From Asterionella formosa (taxonomy: Eukaryota), in assembly GCA_002256025.1 (NCBI GenBank), contig NKIB01013138.1:1-63847 (forward strand): a stretch of DNA of 63,847 nt, written 5' to 3'. Made by a program: the position numbers and the translations under genes. The notes beneath the pieces are model-generated. The model was not told the origin of the DNA, made no database searches, and saw only the letters and a program-made list of their open reading frames with translations. Numbering within the stretch: position 1 is the first letter of the stretch; the number at the start of each line of letters is the position of its first letter. Below are positions 47,714 to 60,944 of the stretch, one piece after another.

Positions 47714-50700
47714 ATGGCTTCGCAAGCAAGGGGACTACAGAACTTTATCTCTGACCTGAGAAATGCAAAAAGCAAGGTGAGCTAGAAAATCGATGGTTGA
47801 AATAAGCAGATGATGATCATCATTGTGAACACCGAGGGGCTTGTTGGCCTGGCAGTCTTGGGATCCATTGTCGGAGTATTTTTTGGGAATGTGTCTAAGT
47901 AGGAATCGCGGACACATCATTACTCCATCAGATTTCTCTAAATAATTGTATGTCTGCGAGATTTCTGGTTTTTCGATGAGCAAGCCTCTGCAGCGGATTA
48001 ATTGTGTTACTGGCCCGAACAGCGCTCTGTTGTTTGCCAATGTTGCCTTAATATGACGCTTACTAGACAGATTGCTAATTCGTTCTGCTCTACATGCGTC
48101 TGTTCTTGACAGGAAGAAGAAACTCGTCGTGTTGACAGAGAGCTTGCCAATATCCGAAAAAAGTTTACTCCAACCACGACAAAACTCGGCGAAGATGGCG
48201 AGAACCCTGCTCTTTCTTCTTATCAAAGGAAGAAGTACGTTTGGAAACTAGTCTACATTCATGTGCTTGGCTACGATGTCGATTTTGGGCATCCTGAGGT
48301 CCTTTCTTTGGTTCGGTCACCCAAATATACCGAGAAACATGTTGGATATACGGCACTAAGTCTTTTGCTTCGAGGCGATGATCCTCTGACCAACAACATT
48401 GTGAGCACCCTTCGTAAAGATTTGACTACCCCAGGAAATACAGGAAGAGGGAATCCAAATGTAACAGCAGATGCAGCGCAATCACTTGCCTTATGCTCGA
48501 TTGCCAACATGTCTGGCCTTGAGCTGATCCAGGCACTGCACCCCGAAGTTCAGCATATCCTTGTTTCGAAAACGTCTACTCCTAACGTGAAGAAGAAGGC
48601 TGCTCTTTGTCTTCTTCGCCTTGTGAGAACTAGCCCCAACCTTGTTGCTGGTCGAGAGTTTGCGCCTCATGTTGCTCAACTCTTGCAGGACCGACACCTC
48701 GGAGTTTTGACTAGTGCCATGAGTTTATTGAACGGATTGGCCTCTCAGCATACATCAGAATACGAAAGTCTGATCCCATACGTTGTCCATATTTTGGGAA
48801 TGCTTGTACTGAAGAAGGCTTGTGCTAGAGAATATCTGTATTACCGTACCCCTAGTCCTTGGCTTCAAATCAAGTTGCTGAAGTTTTTGCAACTATATCC
48901 TCATGCCATTTCACCGTCGACCGAGAATGGTCACGGAAATAATGCTGCTTCCGTGAAAGCCTACGTGTCTCAACTGACAAGTGTAGTTTCGAAGATTTTG
49001 ACGGAAACAGATGTTTCTGACTCAATTAACAAGTCCAACGCCGACCACGCGGTTCTGTTTGAATCCGTTAATCTCATTGTCGTTTGGGGTTCTGTGGGGC
49101 CGGCACAACTGCGTGATGGAGCAATGAAGCTTTTAGGAAAATTCATCTCTGTGCGCGAACCAAATATTCGTTACCTTGGATTGATGACTATGGCCAAATT
49201 AGCTCAGTTGGATGGTAGTGCCGAGAGCATTAAGAAACATCAGGCTACTGTTCTGGTTTCCCTTAAAGACGCCGATATCAGCGTCAGACGTCGTGCTCTT
49301 GATCTTCTATTTGTCATGTGTGATACTGACAATGCCGAGCGAATTGTCGACGAACTTGTCGCTCACCTTGTTTTGGCCGATGCTGCTATCCGCGAGGAAA
49401 TGGTTCTTAAGATTGCTATCCTCGCTGAAAAGTACGCCACCGATCTTCGTTGGTATGTAGATACAATCTTGAAGCTCATCTCGATAAGTGGGGACCACGT
49501 AAGTGATGCAATCTGGCATCGTGTTGTTCAGATTGTTACCAATCACCCTCAAGGAGACTTGCAGGCATATGCCGCAGCCACACTCCTTGTTGCCGCCAGT
49601 CCGCGTCGTTGTCATGAGACTGCTGTCCGTGTTGCTGCCTATGTTCTTGGAGAATTTGGTTTTTTAATTGCAGAAAGGCCCGGCATGAGCGGAGAGGAGC
49701 AGTTCCGAATTTTACACCAGCATTGGGCTACTTCCGATACTCAAACTCGAGCCATTCTTACCAGTACATACGCCAAGCTCGCCAACCTTTACGAAGAATG
49801 CCGGCCACTTGTTGCACCCGTCTTTGCTCGCTGCAAGAACAGTGTAGATGTCGAGGTACAGCAACGTGCAGCCGAGTATGCATCAATGCGTGAAGCCTTC
49901 AGCCCCGAAGCCGTGGAAGATCTACTTCGCGAGATGCCACCTTTCGAAGACAGAAAACAATCTGCGCTTGAGCAACGTTTGAAGGAGAAAGAGGGCGACG
50001 ATAGCGCTGCTGTCATTAAAGCAACTAGACCCAGTCCTGCACAGAGACAACGAGCAGCTCAGAGTGCTGCCGCTGCCAGAGCCGCGGAAGAAGCTGCGAT
50101 GGCTGCTCAACAAAATAGCACTGCCCCTGAGGCTGACATTGCCGTTCCAGACGAACCCGAGCTCGGTAAGTTATCGAACCCGGAGAGATGCTGAATGTAA
50201 TCCCCGAATAATTTCGTCCTAACTCTTTTGCTTGCGTTTCAGAATCTGCAGTCGAACCGTCCCCATCCAAGGGCAAGAGCTCCACAGGTGGTCCAAAAGT
50301 TGCAATTCCCAAGGAGGTTATCCCAGCTATGAGAAAGGCCTTTTCCAACCTTTGCACCTCACCTTCTGGTGTTTTGTTTGAGAATGCTTTGCTTCAGGTA
50401 GGAGTGAAACATGAATATGTTGGTGCGCAGGGACGAATCTCTGTTTTTTTTGGAAACGTTAGCGAGAGAAATGCAAACACTCCACTACATCATTTCAGAG
50501 TTGCTGTTGACGAGGTTGACCACTTGCGGATCCAAAAACAAGGCACACAAGGACTTCTTGACGATGATGAAGATGGTGGATGTACTGTAGCTGTTAGGAC
50601 TCAAGCAAAGCTACTATTGCTTGTTGAGGTAACAGCTCCTTTCGACGATGCGCCTGCTATGCGAGTTATGTTCGAAACTGAGGATGGCTCGAGACACGAG

Positions 50701-51129
50701 TATCCTCTTCGACTTCCCGTCGTTGCTACTTGCTTTATGGAACCAGTTACCCTTGAACCAGCTGCCTTTATGCAACGGTGGAAAAGTCTAGAAGGTCAAG
50801 ATCGCGAGTGCCAAGAAGTGGTGAAGGCACCAGCTGGTGCACCACCGCTTGATGAGGAATACATGAATCGTATTGCGCATATCATCACGGACGGACTGAA
50901 GTTTGGGCGTTGCTCAGGTTGTGATCCAACGCCATGGACTGTGTCCGGAGCAGCAACTTTTCGCACCGGAGCAAAGGATTTGAATGGTAACAATATCAAT
51001 GTTGGATGTCTCGTGAGAGTAGAAGCCAATCCACAAGCAGGAGCTTTCAGGGTCACGACAAGAACTCTTCATCCATTGTGCTCAAAAGCTGTCAAGAATG
51101 TGGCGCTTGTGAGTATTAAATTGGCCTGA
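47714..51129 (+). CDS. AP2A: AP-2 complex alpha adaptin; exons 47714-47776, 48113-50165, 50243-51129, about 1000 aa
   Basis: RGLQNFISDLRN, ELANIRKKF, YVWKLVYIHVLGYDVDFGH, PWLQIKLL, EPNIRYLGL, EVQQRAAEY, plus an appendage domain. GT-AG introns keep the frame. Confidence 0.93.
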
Positions 51130-52199
51130 GAGTTTTTTCTTATCATTTTCGTCAACAGCTATGTCGTTTGTAAGTATGAATATTCTCCGCTGTAAATGGG
51201 ACAATCGATGACAGAAGAACCTATGTGGAACCCCTTGGTTTTCTATGATAATCTTACTAAATTTAGAGAACTTTCTTGAGACTTAACAGACATTAGTTTG
51301 CATTAATTTATGAAAGGCGATCTTGTCAACCTCGGGAGCACAACTGATACTCAGTAATGTTCATGTGGGGTCTACTCACACCTGCATTCAGAGAGAGGAC
51401 CCTATTTAAGATGATTAAGAAAATCATGAGGGAAGGTATTGATGCATTCAAGATGAACTTATGCATTCTGGCCACTATAATCATTCATATCCACCATACA
51501 AAGCATGAAGTCTATTACAGCCCAACTTTTTGTTTATAAAACTTTTGTACCCTTGCAAGATGGCTATACTCAAGGGTAAACAGCATGAGTAGGCTTAATG
51601 CTAGGCAGGAGTGAACTTTTCTAAATTGCCTTGAAAAAGGGAATTATGAATGGGCTATAAAACAGATTATCATTATTCAATGGTAAACAGTTTTAAAAAA
51701 TTACTTTCTTTTGTTGACTGATATAGCAAGATTGTGTCAACACATAATCACTCAACCATAACCACAGTTACATCCTCCTGGGATTCAGACAAATTCGCTA
51801 ACTCTGAGTTTGGCGGACTGTTAAATTCAGATAACAAGGAAAAACAGATTCTGACAAATTGTAATTTCGCGTTAAAATACTCAGGGACTATTTTAGTTTA
51901 AGCAAATGAAGTCTAGCACTTTAAACAAAATTTTGCTTAACTAGAGAAATAAATTCCTTAATTCATTTGTACATCCTGCCTACGGTATGTTACTATAGCA
52001 GGAAATTGAGTTTCTGATAGTACCAGTACACTCCTGTCGGCACATAGCTTGCCAAGTATAGACCAGGTTTCATGTGTAGCGGTACATAGGAATGGGCTGC
52101 TGCACATTACTAAAACTATAGGGCAATACCGGTAGTTCTGACAGAATACCGGAGTGCATTACATTTGTCAGCTTCCATGAGGACTGCATACAAATTGCC

Positions 52200-52718
52200 A
52201 ATTTGCAATCAATCAAGTAGGTAATAACCTTTTTTCACATCCTTTGTTTCGGTTATTCATGTTACTGGCTGCTGTGGTCGTAGTCTTAGTTGTTGTGTAG
52301 TTAAAATAAAAGTGTTGTATCTGGTTGTAGCATCATCATTTAAAAATTGCGCATCTCTGAATTACAGGAAAAAATATGCCAATGGCGACTTCAAATTTCG
52401 TTGTCAATATTGATGTTATAAGGATTATTCTTTTACAATTGTACTTACTTTATTATGTTTGATATATTCATCAAATAGGAAAGCGACGTTCTCATTTTTT
52501 ATCGAGATATTCGCTATTTTCATCAATGTCAACGCTGCAATCACATGATGATGATGGATTCTCCAGCCGATTGCAACTGCGACTACTGCTGCACTATATT
52601 TTATTCTATATTGGAAAGAATAGCATTATTTCAGCCAAATATCTATATTCCAGAGCAAATGCGTGCTATCTCAGGTACTAGCTACTTAGTACCCTGCGCA
52701 AGAATCCAGCCATACATG
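52200..52718 (+). repeat. Dispersed repeat A, copy 2
   Basis: Homologous to about 7000-7570. Confidence 0.7.
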
Positions 52719-52739
52719 TAATATATATACCATAAACTT

Positions 52740-52945
52740 ATGTAGCTTAGTTGGTTAGCTTACCTTCCAAGGTGGCAGGTTCGATTCCCGCATTATCCAC
52801 TACCTGCTTTGTTTATGTAGCAGTCCCTAGGGTTTTGGGGTGTGTGGCAGACAACAAGCAGGTCTAAGGCTCTCTGGCGGGCCAAGTGCGACTTCACAAC
52901 CTCCACAATGTCGAGTTCTTTAACAATAGCTTACTATAAAATTTA
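52740..52945 (+). mobile_element. tRNA-Ala-derived SINE, copy 2
   Basis: A box TAGCTTAGTTGG at 52743, B box GGTTCGATTCCC at 52778; body aligns with copies 1 and 3. Confidence 0.8.
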
Positions 52946-52963
52946 CTTAACATTTATTCATGG

Positions 52964-53653
52964 CACTGTAAACCTTTTAATATCTCCACGTGATTTTCGG
53001 GATTTGTGGAGCACGCTTATTTATGTAAAAAATGGTTGTGGAGTTCTTGTGAAACTCTAACCCTACTCCGCCCAAATCTAGGGGTAAGGGCTAGGTTTCG
53101 CAATATCAGCGGACACCAAAATAAATATCAAAAGACACTACCCAAATAATTATTTAGCATGTATACAAATTTAGCTGCCTTTTATATCAACAGACATGTT
53201 ATACAAGGGCTAAACCAAGCAGAACAAAATTTTGATGGTGTATGTCCACAATACATATGATACTATGATAAAAATATTGCAGTTAATAAACTCTATAATT
53301 TGTATTTGTACCAGTATTACCCCCAGTGCATCAAATTACATTACCGTTATACTAGCTAAGTTGGTAAAGTTTCTAATATGTATGGCCTACTATGTTGTAA
53401 TATGAAACAGATACATGAATCATTACAGGATCATGGTGAGACAAAAACATGCAATGGATACTGTACTAGTTCCTTTGCATATATCATGTGATGTCACCAT
53501 GTAAACCTACAGCATCATCACACATGTAAAAAACTCACTTCATGTGGAGATATTAAGATTGGCTGGACCCCCAATGTGGAGTGACTAATGATGTGGAGGA
53601 AGGTTCATGTGGAGTTATTATACTATCTGTGGAGATATTAAGAGGTTACAGTA
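52964..53653. mobile_element. 690-bp non-autonomous TIR element with a CACTG terminus (CACTA/CMC-like)
   Basis: Left CACTGTAAACCTTTTAATATCTCCAC versus right reverse complement TACTGTAACCTCTTAATATCTCCAC; subterminal TGTGGAG repeats; flanks TGG/TGC. Confidence 0.7.
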
Positions 53654-53850
53654 TGCATGCAATATGCATTGTTCACTTCATCTTACATATGTTTACAGGC
53701 CGGTATTCAGTATAATTAGCTATTACTGTATTACATAGGTCGTAGGTGGGTGTGATGGTAGGTAGCTTCATTGAAATTATGACGTCACAATAAGCAAAAT
53801 TGCTTTTTTAAAGCAAATGCACTTCAAGCAAAACAGTCCTACATTACTAA

Positions 53851-55676
53851 GAGCATCGCCACCGCATCGACCAAATACCAAAGCCAATTGCAGTTGAAAG
53901 TATCAAAACACGTCACTTGGTCAAGGATATTTTTATCAATAGTCGAATTTTTCATATTTTCCCCCACCCATCGACCAAATCCTAAAATAGTCAAGTCTCG
54001 CGCCCAAATTTTTGGCGAATAGGAATAGCACTAGTGTAGTTACATGTGTATCGTAAAATGGTTTCTTACCAGTATAATTGACATGTTTTGGGTATACTAC
54101 TTCACATTTTTACATGATGATAAAGGAAAGGGCAGCAACAGCGAGCCGTTGAATGATGACCACTTTTACCGCTTTGGTAAAATATGACAAGAAAACGAGA
54201 AAGCAAAGCAGTTGAGACAAAGGGGAAAAGCATCAAGGTGGGAAAGTCGGCTAATGTAGTTTTTAAAATAATAGCATCACCTTTCCTGTAAATTCCTTTT
54301 TCTTGCGTTGCTAGAACTACGCCTATCTAGTGCTAGCTACCCATCAAAAACTACCATTACTGTGCATTTGTAAATTAGTATTCTAGAATTGGAGAAACTC
54401 TCTTCCGTTTTCCTAATTTGGTTTAAGCTAGGGGGATAGCTTAATAATTGCTCATAATAGCATTGCCATGTTGATTTTATTATTTGCCTGCTTTTCAGAA
54501 TCATATACTACATCAAAATAATCAGTGCTTGTTGATGACAGATCCTGCATCAATCGAGTACTCCACTGTGGCATTATGTCCATGAGTGGCATCAGCAATA
54601 ATGAACGCATTGAAGCCGAAGCCAGTCTTGGAGAATGCATTGGCGTAGTACTTATTTGTGCGTTGCTTTTTCTATTTGAACGGTTTGGCTTCCTTGCTGC
54701 AACTTTTGTAAGTCCCATGATGCCAGCTTCCATCAATGCAGCTATACCATCCTTATCAGCTGTGTTCTTGAAATTTGCCCTCTACTTTTGCAAAAGCTTG
54801 ACAATTTCAATCCGGAAGAGGCAGATGGAGCGAAGGCATTCAGTTTGTCCCAGTCTCTAATAATGACAAATATTCCTTCTTTGAGAATAGCTTGAATCGA
54901 TTTCTTGCCTCGTCCATCACTTGCAGTTCCAATAAATCTGGTAGCGGGCGAGGACATGGCAGTAATGATATTGTAAGCCGATGCATACTGACCTTTCGTC
55001 ACTGTCACATGGTGCCGACTTGACTTGTTCTTGGCCTACTTGGATCAAACAAGTATGACAATCAGCTGCAGTCAAGATATAACCATGTTTGCTAACAACC
55101 AAAATATTCCAGTCCTTGGCGACACATTGTAAGAACTTGGGAATGACAGTTGGCAAAGTCTCGTCCTTGTTGCAATCCTTGCGTGACTTCTTAGCCAAGA
55201 AGCCACCTAAAGACCATTTCTGTCAAGAGAAGGTCAACCGTCAAGGACCTGAAGGACTGCACTACACACATGGATTACTAGGCAAGAAATCTTATTTGAT
55301 GTGATGATTATATATTATGAAGCTGCCGGCACCATTCAAAGTTAGTTTATTAATTGTCTAAATTAATGAGGAGTATGGTTTATGTATTGAAATTATGTAT
55401 GCACTAATTAAACCATAAACGTTATGTTGCCGGCGCAAGCCACAATCTAAACCAATAGAAATGATCCTTTTATTTGGCTGTCGGAGTCTAATTGACCAAA
55501 TACCTGATATTTGGTCAATAAGGGGGTCATCCTTTACCAAGAACAAAGCATATTTGGTCTTGGTAGATGCGGTGTCTAAAATGTTTTTGCTTTTTCGACC
55601 AACACAACTCATCATGACATGTAATGACCCACAACTTCAATTGGCTTGGCATTTGGTCAATGCGGTGGCGATGCTC
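53851..55676. mobile_element. 1.8-kb non-autonomous PIF/Harbinger (Tourist-like) element
   Basis: About 45-bp TIRs GAGCATCGCCACCGCATYGACCAAATRCCAA..; flanks TAA/TAG; internal GACCAA repeats; decayed minus-strand ORF inside. Confidence 0.85.
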
Positions 55677-55919
55677 TAGTAAGCAAAACCAATCATGGCA
55701 GCAAATGGCAGAATAAGCAAAGCAGATTGGTCTCAAATATTGTATGCTGAATCAGATGAAAGCTAAAATATATTGGAACAACAAGCCGGCTGGGTTGGTT
55801 TATTAAACTGATATCAAGAAGAGACACTCAAACCAATTTGGAATTGGAATTGGAATTAGCATTGCCAGTACGAAGTCGTACGTGGAACTAGATTTAGCAA
55901 AATTGTTAGTGCAACTTGC

Positions 55920-56105
55920 AGGTACCAGGTACCAGGTACCCCGGAGTGCGGAAAACCATGCTACCTACTACCGGTAGGTAGGTATCTGAGGTGTTGCTCC
56001 AACCGGTACCTGGTACCCGATCCACCAAGTAGACTAGACGAGCGCGTCCAGGTTCGGAGTATCTGGTATGTTTACCAGGTTCTCCCCCTGGTACCTGGTA
56101 CCACC
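55920..56105. repeat. TA-CCWGG-type array upstream of Lhcf
   Basis: GGTACCAGGTACCAGGTACC, TACCGGTA and CCGGTACCTGGTACC units. Confidence 0.8.
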
Positions 56106-56416
56106 GCTGACCGATGGCAAGGGAGGCATCACAGAGTGCGAGCTGTGTCATTTTCATTTGTTTACTTTTTTCGCGACCATCTGCCGATGCTCTTGCTTTA
56201 TCATTGATGTTGAGGCATATCATTTTATTTCATGTTCCATTTTCTGTACCGGTAGTATCATTTGTGCGAACAGTGGAAAAACAGTATGCTTTGTATGCTG
56301 CCCCAGCTGGTTGAAAATCCTTCTCGCAAGAAGGAACAATTTTTGCCTCGTCAGTTTCTGTTGTATATCCATAAAAGTTTTTGATCATAATTTCCCTTAT
56401 CATCAGTTAATTCAAC

Positions 56417-57007
56417 ATGAAGTCTGTTCTCATCGCCTCCCTCGTCGCCTCCGCTGCGGCCTTTGCCCCTGCCAAGCAGGCAGCGACGACATCAGCCATG
56501 AGTATGTCCTTCGAGAGCGAGCTTGGTGCACAAGCCCCGCTTGGATTCTTCGACCCTCTCGGCATGGTTACTGACGGTGACCAGGACAAGTTCGACCGCC
56601 TCCGTTACGTCGAGATCAAGCACGGACGTATCTCCATGCTCGCCGTTGTTGGTTATCTTGTTACTGAGGCCGGAATTCGTCTTCCTGGTGACATTGACTA
56701 TTCTGGTACTACCTTCGCTTCTATCCCTGGAGGTTTCGGTGCCATCGATACCATCTCTTCAGGTGGAATCGCCCAGATTGTTGCCTTCATTGGATTCCTT
56801 GAGCTTGCGGTCATGAAAGACATCACTGGAGGAGAGTTTGTCGGTGATTTCCGTAACGGCGCTATTGACTTTGGCTGGGACACTTTTGACGCTGAGACAC
56901 AACTTTCAAAGCGTGCCATCGAACTTAACCAAGGTCGTGCTGCTCAAATGGGAATCCTTGCTCTCATGGTCCACGAGAAGCTCGGAGTCTCACTCATCCC
57001 CAACTAA
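56417..57007 (+). CDS. Lhcf: Fucoxanthin-chlorophyll a/c binding protein (Lhcf family), plastid precursor
   Basis: ASAAAFAP presequence, FESELGAQAPLGFFDPLG, EIKHGRISMLA, ELNQGRAAQMG. Confidence 0.97.
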   Translation: MKSVLIASLVASAAAFAPAKQAATTSAMSMSFESELGAQAPLGFFDPLGMVTDGDQDKFDRLRYVEIKHGRISMLAVVGYLVTEAGIRLPGDIDYSGTTFASIPGGFGAIDTISSGGIAQIVAFIGFLELAVMKDITGGEFVGDFRNGAIDFGWDTFDAETQLSKRAIELNQGRAAQMGILALMVHEKLGVSLIPN

Positions 57008-58030
57008 ATTTCTTCCTTACCGAATCTGAAATGGTGGTTGCTACCATGTAGAAATAATTTAGACGATTTCTCATTGCGTACCCTGAACGACCTAGTGAAT
57101 GTTCAATTCATTAGTTACTTCCGTTGTCCCAAGACTAAATCCCTAAAGCAACCGAAAATTAATATCATGATTGTATGACATAAAGAGTCGCCGCCGTTCC
57201 AGCTTGCCATCATTTTTATGAAACAGAGTTTTACTAGGCGAGGAAGTGAGAAAATCCATTTGCGACTAGCATGATGCCTAACGGTATACTATAAATACAT
57301 ACCTGGTATTCATGCATTCTTACAACTATTGACCAATAGTGCTGCTCATCGCAGTTATGTTGAAAAGTCAAGCAGCATGGGAGGTTCTACAATGGCTGAG
57401 TAAACCAGCAGAATAATACTGACATGGTCAAAGTGATGTTAAGAAGGGTTTAAAGCGCAAAATATTATATGCAGTAGTGTCAGAGTTTTTGCTAATACTA
57501 GCTACTTGGCCTACAGGGTCAGCCTCGTCACCCCAGGAATTGCACCCAGCCATAGGTATTTGTTCCCTAGCTATACTGCTCTAATTTTTTTTGGAACAAA
57601 ACACTTTCATGTGCAGAGTCAATTAATCTTTAAACACTTGGTAAAGTGTGATGTTGAAAGGTGATATCCATGATGAAGGCGGAATGAGAGTTTACTGAGA
57701 GTAACTCTCAGGCAGTGAAAAGTTTGACCTTGCTTAGTTCACCTAACAAGTTCGAAGTTTTACATGTTCTTAGTGGTTTAGCATGTTGCCTTTGATCTGA
57801 GATCTGAGATGGGGATGTTCAATTCCTGCAATTTATTGAGAAGTGATTGTTGGCCTCAACTCCCACACTCCTTACCATCCTGCATGGTCTTGCCTGGTGT
57901 GCAAGAAATAGTGGGTTGCCCTGCCCCCTACAAGCAGCTTGTGCTGAAGGCAATACACGCCCGAGGTGGTCTCTTTCCTGCGAGTACACATACAAGAAGG
58001 TAAGTAGCCGCCAAGAAGGATATTGTTGAG

Positions 58031-59921
58031 GCAATTCACGCTCTAGCTATCGTCGCGTCATTCGCTTACCTTTTGCCCACAAATTTAGGATAAATGTCAA
58101 TTTTAGCCTACTATTGACCATCAAATAAAATAGATTTTGAATATTTCCTATCTTCACCTCGAAAATTGCCCAAGGTCCGATATTGCCCATCATTAAAATA
58201 TATTTTGGATATTTCATATGTTCGCATTTTGGCAAGATAACAGATGCCAATTGCCCCTCGGTTTTCCTGCCCTGGGATTGCCGAAATCGGCAAGGGGTCT
58301 ACTTAAGGAAACCATTTTATATACTAAACAGATTTTTATAATTTATGTCTAGAATTCACCTTGTTTTCGTTCGTCTCCTGAAAAGTGGACTCCGGCAATT
58401 CACCTTTCACCGTGCCAATCGTCGTCCATCATGACCGGTTTGAAGCGAAATCAGATCCGTGATGACACCAATAGCGATTCTTTGTCTAACGGATGCGGTT
58501 GGTTGTTGGATTGCTTGTCTTCTCGAGGCATTCATGTAGTTGCATCGTCCATTTTTCGTCGGACGAACGATGATATTAATACATCTGATGTTGGTGGCAA
58601 GTTTTTGCTCTGGTGATGCATCTGATGATGCTGCCTGAACGGGTACTCTACCGGTAGTCATCATTTCTACATATGTACGTGGTACTACAAACAACCATGC
58701 ATGATTAAGCTATGCTTTAACGCTTACTTTGAAGACTTTATAATATTATCTCTGTAGACTCGGTATTATTTTTACGAGACCTGAAATGTTGAATTTTATC
58801 ATTCACATATTCATTGATTTTATGTACAGGATGCCCGATTTCGTCCTCACAAATATAGTTCTCACTCTATCTTGCCTGCATTTGCTCTATTCGGGCTTGC
58901 AATAGGCAACGTTCGTCTTTCTTCGATCCCATCGTCTGCTGCTTGTTATGCTAGTTGAAGAGGATCGGTGAGTACAACCGTGAAACACTGAATGTGGATT
59001 GTAGATCGTATTAATCGACTTTCCGATTTGATTGCTTCCGTGGTTTGTTTTGATCGCTTCCATTGTTGTTTGTCATTACACACTGTCGTTTTGTTTCGAT
59101 TGTACATATCTCCATAAACAATTTATCAATGACATAAATGACTACTCATTGAAGACGTGGCATTGTGTCGTTGTTGATCGTATTTTTTTGATTTGTATAG
59201 TCATTGACAATGATGTCAATATTGCCGCCAAGCAATGCTTTTCTTGTACTAACGCGCTTTGCTACATTTCTACTGCGAGTTCGTATCAGAAGCTACATGA
59301 ATACTCAGCTATAGAGAGTCAATAGTGCTGGAGCAGCATGGCGATCACACTTGCTCAGAATGGAATGATCAGGGTTGCCTGTTAAGTGGGCGGAGAGGAA
59401 TGACTGTGGCGGAAATTCTGCTACTGGTGTCAGACTACTAAAGCGTTGCGCATGGTTGCTTACATTGGGTTGAGCTCTTTTCTTCTTCTTTCGGTCTTCG
59501 ATTGTATGGTGCTGATGGAAAGTCAATGTTCCCTGTGTAAGTACTACAATGATTCACAATGCATATGTCTCCATTGGAACTGTTATTTTTTATTTCATTT
59601 CTAACCCAAATTTTTTTTTCTATTTCTCATTTGATGCTACTTATTACATCGCATTTCATACTTTGGTTGCTCCAAATATCATGTTCAATTTTCATTGATG
59701 TTGCATGTTACAATCATTCTCGTGTGTTTTACGCTTGTTGTACCATCTCTATGCATATTACCATTGTTCTGGTTGTCATGCTAAAATCGGCAATTTTAAT
59801 ACCGAAAAATTCGATGTGCCCCATATTGCCCTTAAATAAAAATTACTTAAGAAATTACTTACAGCCTAAAAATTACTTAGAAGTACCCGAATGGGACGAC
59901 GATAGCTGGAGCGGGAATTGC
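58031..59921. mobile_element. 1.9-kb non-autonomous TIR element, superfamily unassigned
   Basis: Left GCAATTCACGCTCTAGCTATCGTCGCGTCATTCG versus right reverse complement GCAATTCCCGCTCCAGCTATCGTCGTCCCATTCG; subterminal ATTGCCC and AAATTACTTA repeats; no TSD seen. Confidence 0.75.
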
Positions 59922-60164
59922 TGCCTTTCTAGGCGCTCAGAGTTTCCAAAATGCTGCAGCTAACTATGGAGAAGACAATGGGGATGACGTTTTGATCAAC
60001 GGAAGTGGGCAATGCCATAATCGCCATCATCCTGTCACCACAACGAAGTAAATCTAGGAGTGGGTGTGTAAAATTTGGGGAGACAGGAACACGGGATTTC
60101 CCGAAGTAAGCTTAGTGCCTCCTCAGAAAAAATACAACAATCGACACTGACGTGACAAACCAGA

Positions 60165-60944
60165 ATGCTTTCCGTCACTCGAACTTCCTTGAACGCTGCG
60201 CTCAGAAAGTCACGCTCAATTGCAATGATGTCAACATCATGCGTCCCGATCGTCGAGCTACGAGAATATGCTGTCAAACCTGAATTTGCTGTCCCCTACA
60301 TACTTGCAACAGAGAGAGCAATTGAACTCCGCAAATCATTGGTACCACTTCGTATTTTCAGCCTCCCTGATACTGGTGGTCAGTTGCACACTGCAACTCA
60401 TGCATACTACTATCGCGGAGGCCATGCCGAGCGTGACGCCAAGCGAAAGGACATGACCAACAATGACGAATGGAAGAATTACCTTGTAACATGTCGGCCA
60501 TTTATGCAGACACAGCAATCGAACATTTATGTGGAGGCTCCTCTCGTCAATGAATTCGACGAAATCACTGGACTAGCGGAGATAGACAAATCATTAGGGG
60601 GAAGCGATTGCATCCTTGAATTTCGCCGCTACAAACTTATTTTGGGATATGATACTGTCCCGAAGTTCATGACTTTGTATTCGAAAGGATTACCCTCTAA
60701 ATTGCACGCTGAAGGGACAGATCCAACCACATCTCTGATAACACTTCTTTATTGTGAAGTTGGTCGCCTAAACGAGGTGATTGAAATTTGGCGTCACGGC
60801 GACGGCCTAAAGGCAATGGAACGCTCGCGAAATGCTGCTCGTGGTGCTCTCGAGTGGCGGCAAGCGATCGGTGAAATTGCGCCGCTGGCGATTGAATTTT
60901 CCTCAACTATTCACCGCCCCACTGGCTTCTCTCCTTTGAAGTAA
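60165..60944 (+). CDS. NIPSNAP family protein, mitochondrial
   Basis: Presequence; IVELREY and ILEFRRY repeats, EVGRLNEVIEIW, PTGFSPLK C-terminus. Confidence 0.85.
   Translation: MLSVTRTSLNAALRKSRSIAMMSTSCVPIVELREYAVKPEFAVPYILATERAIELRKSLVPLRIFSLPDTGGQLHTATHAYYYRGGHAERDAKRKDMTNNDEWKNYLVTCRPFMQTQQSNIYVEAPLVNEFDEITGLAEIDKSLGGSDCILEFRRYKLILGYDTVPKFMTLYSKGLPSKLHAEGTDPTTSLITLLYCEVGRLNEVIEIWRHGDGLKAMERSRNAARGALEWRQAIGEIAPLAIEFSSTIHRPTGFSPLK

Noticed and set aside
348..51129. Endocytosis gene cluster (sorting nexin, AP-2 alpha, EGF membrane proteins)
   Set aside because: The genes are tens of kb apart and interleaved with unrelated genes; chance is sufficient.
52735..52800. Functional tRNA gene (A and B boxes; CTTCCAA resembles the Gly-TCC loop)
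   Set aside because: The anticodon arm is truncated, the 5' acceptor strand is missing, and it is part of a dispersed repeat, so it is a SINE head.
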